Source: an uncultured Gammaproteobacteria bacterium (lineage in GTDB: Bacteria; Pseudomonadota; Gammaproteobacteria; SZUA-229). From it: a DNA stretch of 64,000 nt. Below the pieces are notes generated by a model. The model was not told the origin of the DNA, did not search any database, and was given only the letters and a program-made list of their open reading frames with translations. Position 1 is the first letter of the stretch; every line of letters starts with the position of its first letter. The position numbers were made by a program, and so were the translations under genes. The stretch is from positions 17,020 through 81,019 of the forward strand of contig CAVWXQ010000006.1 in NCBI GenBank assembly GCA_963759005.1. The letters run 5' to 3'. Shown here piece by piece: positions 10,677 through 19,599 of this stretch.

Positions 10677-11537
10677 ATGAAACTGGCAATTATTGGCGGA
10701 AGCCTGTTTAACGAACCGGGTAATTTCATCAGGGTTACAGAAGAACAAATAAAAACACCCTTTGGTGAACCATCAGATATTTTCATTACTGGAACAATAA
10801 CCGCACCGCCGTCCTGGCTCCTTGCTGAATACCGTCCATCCATGGACATAACCGCACCGCCTTCCTGGCTCCTTGCTGAATACCGTCCATCCGTGGGCAT
10901 AAATGATGTTGAAGTGGTTTATTTAAACCGTCATGGTCATTCGCATCATTTAGCACCCCATCAAATTAACTACAGGGCCAACATGTTCGCCCTGAAAATA
11001 CTTGAAGTGACACATATTATTGCAGTCACGGCTGTTGGTGGCATAACTGAAAATATGCCACCGATGAAATGGGTGGTGCCCGATCAAATCATTGATTATA
11101 CCTATGGTCGTATGCAAACCTATAATGACGGCAATGAATCGGAAGTTAAACATATCGATTTTAGCTATCCATTTGATGATTTTTTACGAGATAAATTAAT
11201 TACAGCGCTGGATAAGAAGTCCTGTGCCTATGAAAAGCTGGCAACATACGGGGTAACACAGGGCCCTCGATTAGAATCCATCGCAGAAATTAAACGCATG
11301 CAGCGCGATGGCTGCGATATAGTTGGTATGACAGCCATGCCTGAAGCGGCATTAGCACGTGAACTGGAAATGAACTATGCCACACTCTCACTTGTTGTGA
11401 ACTGGGCCGCAGGTAAAGGGGGGAGTCCAGCACAGCAGGCTGAAGTCATTTCAATGGACGAAATAAAACAACGTATAGTGGATGGTAATGAAATAATTGA
11501 AAAGCTTATAAGCCACGTAGTTTCACTCCTTGGTTAG
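10677..11537 (+). CDS. mtnP: S-methyl-5'-thioadenosine phosphorylase carrying a 34-aa in-frame repeat insertion
   Basis: MtnP-like throughout (RHGHSHH, QINYRAN, GMTAMPEAALAREL). It is 286 aa against about 250 typical, and the excess is two tandem 51-bp R1 units at 10797..10898. Confidence 0.85.
   Translation: MKLAIIGGSLFNEPGNFIRVTEEQIKTPFGEPSDIFITGTITAPPSWLLAEYRPSMDITAPPSWLLAEYRPSVGINDVEVVYLNRHGHSHHLAPHQINYRANMFALKILEVTHIIAVTAVGGITENMPPMKWVVPDQIIDYTYGRMQTYNDGNESEVKHIDFSYPFDDFLRDKLITALDKKSCAYEKLATYGVTQGPRLESIAEIKRMQRDGCDIVGMTAMPEAALARELEMNYATLSLVVNWAAGKGGSPAQQAEVISMDEIKQRIVDGNEIIEKLISHVVSLLG
10797..10898. repeat. Two tandem 51-bp R1 units in frame within mtnP
   Basis: The units are near-identical. 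Their reverse complement matches the 4930..5060 copy (aaggagccaggaagg(t/c)ggtgcg). Confidence 0.75.
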
Positions 11538-11676
11538 CTGTAAATTTCGACTGTCTGTTAACACCCATTCCAGCCATTTTGACTGATATCGCTTTTCGCG
11601 ATATAAGGGGTCGGAGCCCTTTACATGTAAGCCATACAGCAGTAAAGTGTAAAAACCATGAAATAGGGGAAAACGG

Positions 11677-12375
11677 ATGCCAAGAAAACCACGATTTTAT
11701 CTACCCGGTGTGCCAGCACACATAGTGCAGCGCGGGCACAGCCGTGAACCCGTGTTTTTTGAAAGAGAAGATTACCAGGCCTATTTGGGTTGGTTGCAAG
11801 AAGCATCAGCGCGTTATAATTGTAAGGTACATGCTTATGTACTCATGACCAATCACATACATATACTTGCCACACCAGAAGATAAAAACAGCATTAGTTT
11901 AATGATGCAGTATATCGGGCGTCAGTACGTATCTTATATAAACCATACCTATGGTAGTAGTGGTTCGATATGGGAGGGTAGATATAAGTCGAATATCATC
12001 CATGATGAAACCTATTTATTGACCTGTATGCGTTATATTGAACTTAATCCGGTAAGAGCGGGTATGGTTAAATCACCTGGTGCATATCGCTGGTCCAGTT
12101 ATCAAGCGAATGCACAAGGGAAAGACAATGAAATAATAAATTTTCACCCTTTGTACAAATCATTAGGAAAAACCAAAGCACAACGCCTTGATGCTTATAA
12201 ATCATTGTTTAAGTTGCACATTGATGAAAAGCAACTAGATCTCATCCGCGCATCCTGGCAAACGGGGACGCCATTAGGTAATGACTATTTTAAACAGAAA
12301 GTTGAAGCGAAATTGAAATGCAAAGTGGGTCAAGCCAGACGTGGACGCCCTAAAAAGGGCTCTGACTCCATATAG
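11677..12375 (+). CDS. REP-associated tyrosine transposase (RAYT, IS200-like Y1 transposase)
   Basis: HIVQRGH ... MTNHIHIL (HuH motif) ... Y; 232 aa. A REP-like hairpin gatatcgcttttcgcgatat lies upstream at about 11597. Confidence 0.85.
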   Translation: MPRKPRFYLPGVPAHIVQRGHSREPVFFEREDYQAYLGWLQEASARYNCKVHAYVLMTNHIHILATPEDKNSISLMMQYIGRQYVSYINHTYGSSGSIWEGRYKSNIIHDETYLLTCMRYIELNPVRAGMVKSPGAYRWSSYQANAQGKDNEIINFHPLYKSLGKTKAQRLDAYKSLFKLHIDEKQLDLIRASWQTGTPLGNDYFKQKVEAKLKCKVGQARRGRPKKGSDSI

Positions 12376-12527
12376 CTGACCTCATATAGCTACCCCGTAT
12401 AGCTCATATAGCTGCTGATCCCATTACTGGTCGAGACTCCCAACAACGGACTGTCGTGCAGGTCAGATTGTTTAATTTTTAAATATGTTATGATTCGTGC
12501 ATCTGAAGATTATGTAAATATCTATAT

Positions 12528-13049
12528 ATGAATACAGCATGGTTAATATTTAGCGGGTATGGTCTGTGCTTCGTTCTGTCATTAATAACTAATGCTAGTT
12601 ATGCCGATAGCGAGACACCCAATTTTATCGAATACGAAGATGATGAAATTTACATGCGTCTGGTCACACGAACAACAGACCAGCTTTCCGGATTTTATTT
12701 GGCACGCGAATTTCCACAACAGGCCATAAATGAAATACTAAAAACCTGTATTATCACACCTGTTATTCGTAACAATAAATTTGAAGCTTTGCATATCGAG
12801 CCGGATAGCTGGATGTTTATCGCTGATAACAAACCTATAGAACGTATCAAACGTGATTACTGGAAAAAAATCTGGACAAAAATTGCTTTATCCCCTGCTC
12901 ATCAAGCCACCTTTGGCTGGACATTAATGCCAGAAACACGTGACCTACGATTCGATGAAGGCGCGGGTGGAAGCATTGTGATACCTTTGCAGACACATTT
13001 GCTTACACTAAAAGCAAGTTTCAGAACCGGTATGAAAAAGGGATGGTAA
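12528..13049 (+). CDS. Hypothetical secreted protein
   Basis: Signal peptide; no recognisable domain. Confidence 0.4.
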   Translation: MNTAWLIFSGYGLCFVLSLITNASYADSETPNFIEYEDDEIYMRLVTRTTDQLSGFYLAREFPQQAINEILKTCIITPVIRNNKFEALHIEPDSWMFIADNKPIERIKRDYWKKIWTKIALSPAHQATFGWTLMPETRDLRFDEGAGGSIVIPLQTHLLTLKASFRTGMKKGW

Positions 13050-13079
13050 AATAAAAACGGTTATTTTCAGAGATATCGC

Positions 13080-13613
13080 ATGTCCAAAATAATAAATGCA
13101 TTTAACTTAATCATATTAACGAGCTTGCTGACATTTTCGGTTAACGCGACAACCGAAAATAAACTTCCCAAAGGCCTGATGAAATTACAGGAACAAGATG
13201 CACCCGCCCTGATACTAAAAAATCTTGATGACGAAACCTGGGATATAACACAGTCGCGTGGTCATTGGATCTTTCTCCATTTCTGGGCTAGCTGGTGCGG
13301 TCCTTGTCGAGAGGAGATGCCAACCATTCAGGCCATTGTAAATAAGTTTGAAAACTCAGAAATGGAAATTGTTCTAGTTAATACTGCAGAATCCGGGGAT
13401 ACTGTTTTCGAATTTATTGCCGCTGTTGCCCCTGACCTTAATCCGTTAGTTGATGTCGATGGCCAGGTCACCGAACTTTGGCAACCACGCGGGCTTCCAG
13501 CTACCTTTTTTATTGATCCTGATGGCAAGCTACAATACCTGGCGCTGGGCGGGCGAGAGTGGAATGCCCCAATCTATTTAAACTTCCTTAAAAACTTAAT
13601 TCGCAATAAATAG
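13080..13613 (+). CDS. Periplasmic thiol:disulfide oxidoreductase, TlpA/ResA-like thioredoxin
   Basis: WASWCGPC active site with a signal peptide. Confidence 0.8.
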   Translation: MSKIINAFNLIILTSLLTFSVNATTENKLPKGLMKLQEQDAPALILKNLDDETWDITQSRGHWIFLHFWASWCGPCREEMPTIQAIVNKFENSEMEIVLVNTAESGDTVFEFIAAVAPDLNPLVDVDGQVTELWQPRGLPATFFIDPDGKLQYLALGGREWNAPIYLNFLKNLIRNK

Positions 13614-13630
13614 TTACCATAGGCACGGAC

Positions 13631-15208
13631 ATGCTAAAAACATTAAGTTTTGTTTTTTTCCTTATGGGAACAATCTGTATCGGATTATCCGCATGCACTA
13701 CAAACTCACCCTCAGCAACAAGCGAAGAAAATTTTAATGTTATTGAATTAACTATTGCGCAAGCTCATGACGCGTTGCGAACAAATAAAATTACCTGTGA
13801 ACAGCTAACTCGCCGATTCCTGAATCGTATAAAAACTTATGATCAAACGACAAAATTAAATGCCATTATCTACATTAATTTAAATGCAATAAATAAAGCC
13901 AGAGCGCTTGATAAGAAATATGCAGAGCAGCACACGATGAGGAAACTGCATTGTATTCCTGTTATTTTGAAAGATAACTTCGATACCGCTGATATGCCAA
14001 CAGAAGCAGGTTCTATTGCATTGCAGGGCTCAATCCCCTCCGATGATGCTTTTATGGTTAAAAGGCTCCGTCAAGAAGATGCCATCATTATAGCAAAATC
14101 TAATATGGGTGAATGGGCCTTTAGTCCTTATGACACCATCAGTTCAAGTCATGGCGAAACACTTAATGCTTATGATTTAACCCGAGTTCCGGCAGGGTCT
14201 AGCGGTGGCACGGCCTCTGCTATCGCAGCTAATTTTGGAATTATCGGCATGGGTTCTGATACGGGTAATTCAATAAGAGGTCCGGCATCGCATTTATCAC
14301 TGGTTGGCATACGTTCAACCATTGGAGCGACAAGTCGAGATGGCATTGTGCCTCTAGTTTTAAACAGAGATATTGGCGGGCCATTAATGCGGACGGTCAC
14401 CGACACTGCTATTGTATTCACGGTAATTAAAGGTTTTGATCCAGAAGATACGTCGACCAGGCTAAGTATAGGTCGGGTAAAAGATGATTACGAAAAATAT
14501 CTGAAACAGGATGGCCTAAAAGGCGTCCGCCTTGGCGTATTAAGAGAGCTGTATGAAACAGATACTGCAGACGCTGAAGTTTTGCAGTTAATGGTGCAGG
14601 CAATTAACGACCTTCGTCAAGCCGGAGCAATCATAATTGATCCATTTGTTATAGATGATTTTGAACAGCTGAAAAATGCGACTGGATTTTGCAGTCGATT
14701 TTATTATGACCTAAAAAATTATCTCGCAACGCTGGGCAAACATGCACCAATCAAATCACTGGATGATGTATACCAGCAGAAGTTATTTCGTGAACAAAAC
14801 ATGGAAGCGATGCAGTGGGCCTTAGATGAAAAAGGCGATCCGGCTATGCAAAATCCTCCTTGTATCGATGTAGCGGGCGACCCTCGCAGAAAAGCGTTGC
14901 TGTCAGCAGTTATTAATGAAATGAACGATGCCAGGGTAGATGCCATTATCTATCCTTCCTGGAGCAATCCACCGCGTAAGCTGGCAGATAATACAAGCCC
15001 CCATGGCAATAATAGCGCGGCTATAGCACCACATACTGGACAGCCCGCAATCACTGTACCAATGGGTTTCACAAAAGCGGGCCTGCCAGCAGGGTTGCAA
15101 TTCCTGGCACGCCCTTTCGATGAACATAAACTATTTCAGTATGCTTATACTTATGAGCAGATAACCAGGCATCGAAAACCACCAAAAGGCTTTTCACGGT
15201 TACATTAA
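13631..15208 (+). CDS. Amidase-signature family amidase, probable lipoprotein
   Basis: GGSSGGTASAIAA amidase signature and a lipobox LSAC. Confidence 0.85.
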   Translation: MLKTLSFVFFLMGTICIGLSACTTNSPSATSEENFNVIELTIAQAHDALRTNKITCEQLTRRFLNRIKTYDQTTKLNAIIYINLNAINKARALDKKYAEQHTMRKLHCIPVILKDNFDTADMPTEAGSIALQGSIPSDDAFMVKRLRQEDAIIIAKSNMGEWAFSPYDTISSSHGETLNAYDLTRVPAGSSGGTASAIAANFGIIGMGSDTGNSIRGPASHLSLVGIRSTIGATSRDGIVPLVLNRDIGGPLMRTVTDTAIVFTVIKGFDPEDTSTRLSIGRVKDDYEKYLKQDGLKGVRLGVLRELYETDTADAEVLQLMVQAINDLRQAGAIIIDPFVIDDFEQLKNATGFCSRFYYDLKNYLATLGKHAPIKSLDDVYQQKLFREQNMEAMQWALDEKGDPAMQNPPCIDVAGDPRRKALLSAVINEMNDARVDAIIYPSWSNPPRKLADNTSPHGNNSAAIAPHTGQPAITVPMGFTKAGLPAGLQFLARPFDEHKLFQYAYTYEQITRHRKPPKGFSRLH

Positions 15209-15689
15209 GGAAAAATAAGACACCCATAGTTTAAAAACAAAAAAATCCAGGTTTTTCTACTAACCTTTTCACTGCTAATGTCCCGTTAACGGTTAGAGGT
15301 AATCATAGGCCGCCAATATATCCAGGTTAAATCCTCTACAGTAAATGCTTATAGTGTGATGGAATCTTCTCACTTAAAGTACCAGATATATTAACAAAAT
15401 CACGTGTTTAGATATGACTAGATTTACCGCAGATAATGGTAAATGTGTGATGTTTCTCCTATGATTATTATGTCGTAGCGCCATGCTCTAACGCTACTTA
15501 CTATATAATTGCTCAGCGTAATTTTTGCGGAGTGTGCAGGTTGTTGATTTATATGGCATCTGCAACAGGACGATCCAGCAGGGCTTACAGGAACGTAACC
15601 ACACGTTTTATAAATCAATATCCTCTGTCTTTATTTCTAAACACGCTGAAAAATACCTTATAATAAACCTGCTTATATAGATTTGAAAT

Positions 15690-16580
15690 ATGGATACATC
15701 GATTTTTACTACCATCATGTTTGCTGACGTCACAGGCAGTACTACATTGTATGAACAGCTTGGAGACGAACAGGCAAATCGTATTATTGATAGTGTTATA
15801 ACGATGATGTCTGAGCTTACTGAAAAGCATCTCGGAACCGTGGTAAAAACTATTGGTGATGAGATTATGTGCCGTTTTGACAATGCTGATCAGGCATTTA
15901 CTACGGCTCGTATCATTCAGGACAGCTTACAGAAACGTCCCGCTGATGTTGGCGTCAAAATCCATGTTCGTATTGGTCTGCATACTGGTCAGGCTTTAAT
16001 CAGAGAAGATGGTGACGTATTTGGCGATGCTGTAAATGTAGCAGCTAGAGTCGCTGCAATTGCCAGGGGCAGTCAGATCCTTACTACCAAAGAAACGGTT
16101 GACTCACTAATCCCCCTGTTTCAGTCAAGTTGCCGGAGATTTGATAGACTTTCCCTGAAGGGTAAGTCAAAAAAAACGATTATTTGTGAAGTATTGCGAC
16201 AGGACGACGATGTTACACGCATGTCGACAATGATCAATTTCATGGACACCGCCCCTATAGTAAAAAGATTGCATCTGAAACACCGGGATCAAGAGCTCAG
16301 TCTCAACCTGAAATCACCAGCGATATTTCTGGGTCGAGATGCTCAGTGTGATTTTATTATCAATAGCAATCATGCTTCTCGCCTGCATGCCAGAATAGAA
16401 AGCAGGCGTGGTAAGTTTGTTATTATTGATCAAAGTACCAATGGTACCTTTGTTAAAACCAGTGATAGAGAAAAGGTTTATTTGAGAAGAGAAGAGTCAC
16501 CTTTGTTGGGTAGTGGCGTGATCAGCCTGGGTGTAAATCCCGATCAGGAAAATTCCTGTCTGATTCATTTCTCCGTTTAA
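15690..16580 (+). CDS. Class III adenylate/guanylate cyclase fused to a C-terminal FHA domain
   Basis: FADVTGST..GDE cyclase core; the C-terminus has an FHA-like GR...SR.HA motif. Confidence 0.75.
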   Translation: MDTSIFTTIMFADVTGSTTLYEQLGDEQANRIIDSVITMMSELTEKHLGTVVKTIGDEIMCRFDNADQAFTTARIIQDSLQKRPADVGVKIHVRIGLHTGQALIREDGDVFGDAVNVAARVAAIARGSQILTTKETVDSLIPLFQSSCRRFDRLSLKGKSKKTIICEVLRQDDDVTRMSTMINFMDTAPIVKRLHLKHRDQELSLNLKSPAIFLGRDAQCDFIINSNHASRLHARIESRRGKFVIIDQSTNGTFVKTSDREKVYLRREESPLLGSGVISLGVNPDQENSCLIHFSV

Positions 16581-16731
16581 TCCGATATTAACGGATACGG
16601 ATAAAATCACCTGAATGACAGCAGCAAAGTCCAGTGGCTTAAGGAAGCTCAGATCATGTCCAATTATTTTAGGCCAGTTAAAATTGGCTGAAACGGATTG
16701 ACAATGATTTTAAGTTGACTGCGCCGTTTAA

Positions 16732-17238
16732 ATGTATATATTCTTGACTATGGATATTCTTATGAAGCTGAGTAAACTAGTGCAGATTGTATTGATTGCA
16801 TCCACTTTTCTGGTTTATACAGAAGTACTTGCTGAGGAACTGACTAGTTACGCTTTCGTCAATGACGATGCCACATTACGCATCAAGAAGAAAACGATTC
16901 ACCTTTACGGCATTCATATCCCAAAATCAAGTCAGGACTGTAGAACCAGTCAACACCCGCCTGTTTGTGGCTCACGCGCTGTACTGGCTTTAGAGTTTAA
17001 AGTTAAGAGTTTTGTTCGTTGTGAAATCATCAGTGAAAACCCTAACGCAAGCCTGACGGGATTGTGCCGGGTAAATTATTCACATTTTGAAGAAGGTGAT
17101 GATTTAAGTGCTTATTTGCTTGAACGCGGTTGGGCTGTGGCGTTACCTGATGCGCCCATTGAGTATCACACGCTTGAGAAAATAGCGCGGTCACGCGGCA
17201 TGGGTGTTTGGGGTATGGCGGGGGCATACGGTAGATAG
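16732..17238 (+). CDS. Secreted thermonuclease (SNase)-like protein
   Basis: Signal peptide; SNase-like spacing. Confidence 0.5.
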   Translation: MYIFLTMDILMKLSKLVQIVLIASTFLVYTEVLAEELTSYAFVNDDATLRIKKKTIHLYGIHIPKSSQDCRTSQHPPVCGSRAVLALEFKVKSFVRCEIISENPNASLTGLCRVNYSHFEEGDDLSAYLLERGWAVALPDAPIEYHTLEKIARSRGMGVWGMAGAYGR

Positions 17239-17673
17239 ACCATAATGAGTCAGCTTTAAACATCTTTCCAGGTTTTAAAAAAACTGGAGTCTACGTTACT
17301 TCGATTATTAACTTCAGATGTAAGCGCACCATCTCCAAAAAACCATTAAGCTTGCGACAAAAATTCTTGTCCAAAGTTGGTGTGTCATTAGAAAGAGGCG
17401 CAGTTTTTTTGATTGTTGATTTACATTGCGCATTTTTTCTAGGCAGCTTTATACAGAGCGTGTTCTACCATGCTCCCCTGCAGCGGAACAATGCCCACAA
17501 TGTATTGCAGAAGATGTTTTAGTCGAGCTTTTAAGAAAAGCTAAAGGTATGGCGAGTATAATCAGGAATCATCACATAATCACATATAATATCCACGACA
17601 ATGTCGTTCCACTTTTACTGTTGCTTACTTCACCACTGAATATTGTAAAAAATATACAATAGTATCTAAATGA

Positions 17674-19395
17674 TACATTAATAGCATTTTCCCCTTTTTA
17701 ACCTGGTTTAAATTAGTTACAAAAGATTCACTTAAAGCTGACTTTATCGCTGGTCTTACGGGTGCGGTTATCGTCTTGCCACAGGGAATAGCATTCGCTA
17801 CTATCGCAGGTTTACCACCTGAATATGGCTTGTATACGGCGATGGTTACGCCTATTGTTGCTGCATTATTTGGTTCGTCACGTCATCTGGTATCCGGTCC
17901 AACAACAGCTATTTCTATTGTTGTTTTTTCTGCGGTAAGCCATCACGCAGAAGTCGGCACACCTGAATTTGTATTGATGGCATTGACGCTCACCTTTCTT
18001 GCCGGTGTATATCAACTTGGCTTTGGCCTGGCGCGACTGGGTTCGCTGGTTAATTTTGTCTCCCACACGGTAGTGATTGGTTTTACCGCTGGCGCTGCAA
18101 TCCTGATTGCGACCAGCCAGATGAAACATATCACTGCAATAGAGATACCTAAGGGTGAGTCTTTTTTGCATACCTGGGCTGATCTGTTTCAGGGGGTAAG
18201 CGATGTTAATTTATTTGTTATGTCGATAGCTGTGGTGACACTATTTATCGCCATTACCTCTAAGAAATTAATGCCTAAATTACCTTATTTACTGATCGGT
18301 ATGGTTGGCGGCAGTGTGATGGCGCTTTTCCTGAAAGACTATAATGATGGTATCAAGCTGGTGGGCGAGATTCCCGCACATCTGCCGCCACTGTCATCAC
18401 CAGAGTTTTCCATGGACACTATTAGAATGCTGGCACCCGAAGCATTCGCTGTAGCGCTTTTAGGTTTGATCGAAGCAGTATCAATCAGTCGAGCGGTAGC
18501 AACAAAATCAAATCAGCGAATTGATGCCAACCAGGAATTTATCGGTCAGGGCCTTTCCAATATTTTTGGTAGTTTCTTTTCGAGTTATGCCGGTTCCGGT
18601 TCGTTCACGCGTTCAGGTATTAATTATGATGCCGGTGCACAAACACCTCTATCAGCAATATTCGCTGCTATTTTATTAATGATTATCGTGTTACTAATTG
18701 CGCCGCTTACAGCGTATCTTCCGATTGCCGCGATGGGTGGGATCATTCTCCTGGTTGCTTATAATCTGGTCGATTTTCATCATATCAAACAGACATTAAT
18801 TTTCAGTAAATCAGAATCATCTATCTTACTGACAACGTTTTTTGCCACCTTATTTCTTGAGCTGGAGTTCGCCATTTACCTTGGCGTTTTGTTATCACTT
18901 GTTCTTTTTTTAGCAAAAACATCAACACCACATATCCCGACCTTATCCGTGGACGATTCCGACGCTAAAAGAAAATTAATAAATATTCTCAAGAAACCGG
19001 TCAAACAATGCCCGCAATTGAAGATTATCAGAATCGATATGTCTATCTATTTTGGTTCGATTAATCACATTCAAAAACGGATTAGCCAAATTGTAGATAA
19101 CGAAAGAATCTACCATATTTTAATTATTTCCTCGGGTATTAATTTCATAGATCTTGCTGGTGCTGAAGCACTGGTTTCTGAAAATAACCGATTGAAGACT
19201 CAAAATGGCGGCCTGTATTTTGTAGGTTTAAAGTCATCAGTTTATGAGTTTGCGGCAAAATCATGTTTTATTAAAAAGATTGGCAGCAATAATTTCTTCG
19301 ATAGCAAATCTCAGGCTATTCATGGCATTTATCAGCGTCTGGACAGGTCTGTGTGTAAAACATGTAATGCGCTTATATTTGAAGAATGCCAATAA
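17674..19395 (+). CDS. SulP-family anion (sulfate) transporter with a C-terminal STAS domain
   Basis: SulP motifs (DFIAGLTGAVIVLPQGIAFA) and a STAS domain. The conserved N-terminus (SIFPFLTWFKLV) continues in frame upstream of the 17776 ORF-track start back to a stop at 17671. No canonical start codon is in frame there; an out-of-frame ATG lies at 17670. Confidence 0.8.
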   Translation, partial: YINSIFPFLTWFKLVTKDSLKADFIAGLTGAVIVLPQGIAFATIAGLPPEYGLYTAMVTPIVAALFGSSRHLVSGPTTAISIVVFSAVSHHAEVGTPEFVLMALTLTFLAGVYQLGFGLARLGSLVNFVSHTVVIGFTAGAAILIATSQMKHITAIEIPKGESFLHTWADLFQGVSDVNLFVMSIAVVTLFIAITSKKLMPKLPYLLIGMVGGSVMALFLKDYNDGIKLVGEIPAHLPPLSSPEFSMDTIRMLAPEAFAVALLGLIEAVSISRAVATKSNQRIDANQEFIGQGLSNIFGSFFSSYAGSGSFTRSGINYDAGAQTPLSAIFAAILLMIIVLLIAPLTAYLPIAAMGGIILLVAYNLVDFHHIKQTLIFSKSESSILLTTFFATLFLELEFAIYLGVLLSLVLFLAKTSTPHIPTLSVDDSDAKRKLINILKKPVKQCPQLKIIRIDMSIYFGSINHIQKRISQIVDNERIYHILIISSGINFIDLAGAEALVSENNRLKTQNGGLYFVGLKSSVYEFAAKSCFIKKIGSNNFFDSKSQAIHGIYQRLDRSVCKTCNALIFEECQ

Positions 19396-19599
19396 ATTTA
19401 AAATCTGTGCTTCGACAACTGCTCCTGCATTATCGCCGCCAGCGATTGCACTAGCGTTGAAATAAAACAGCGTATGTCAGTAATAGTGTTCGAGATGACA
19501 GGTATGGTTTAGTAAAAGAAGTAGGCAGTGGAGAAAAAATGCTATCATGACCTTAATAAAGTTAAGCGGTTTTATATATCAAATTTGGATAGCATTTTT

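Noticed and set aside
15209-15689. Possible tRNA or sRNA in the 480-bp spacer before the cyclase gene.
   Set aside because: No cloverleaf-compatible GTTCGA or T-loop motifs and no acceptor-stem pairing were recognisable. It is probably just an AT-rich promoter region.
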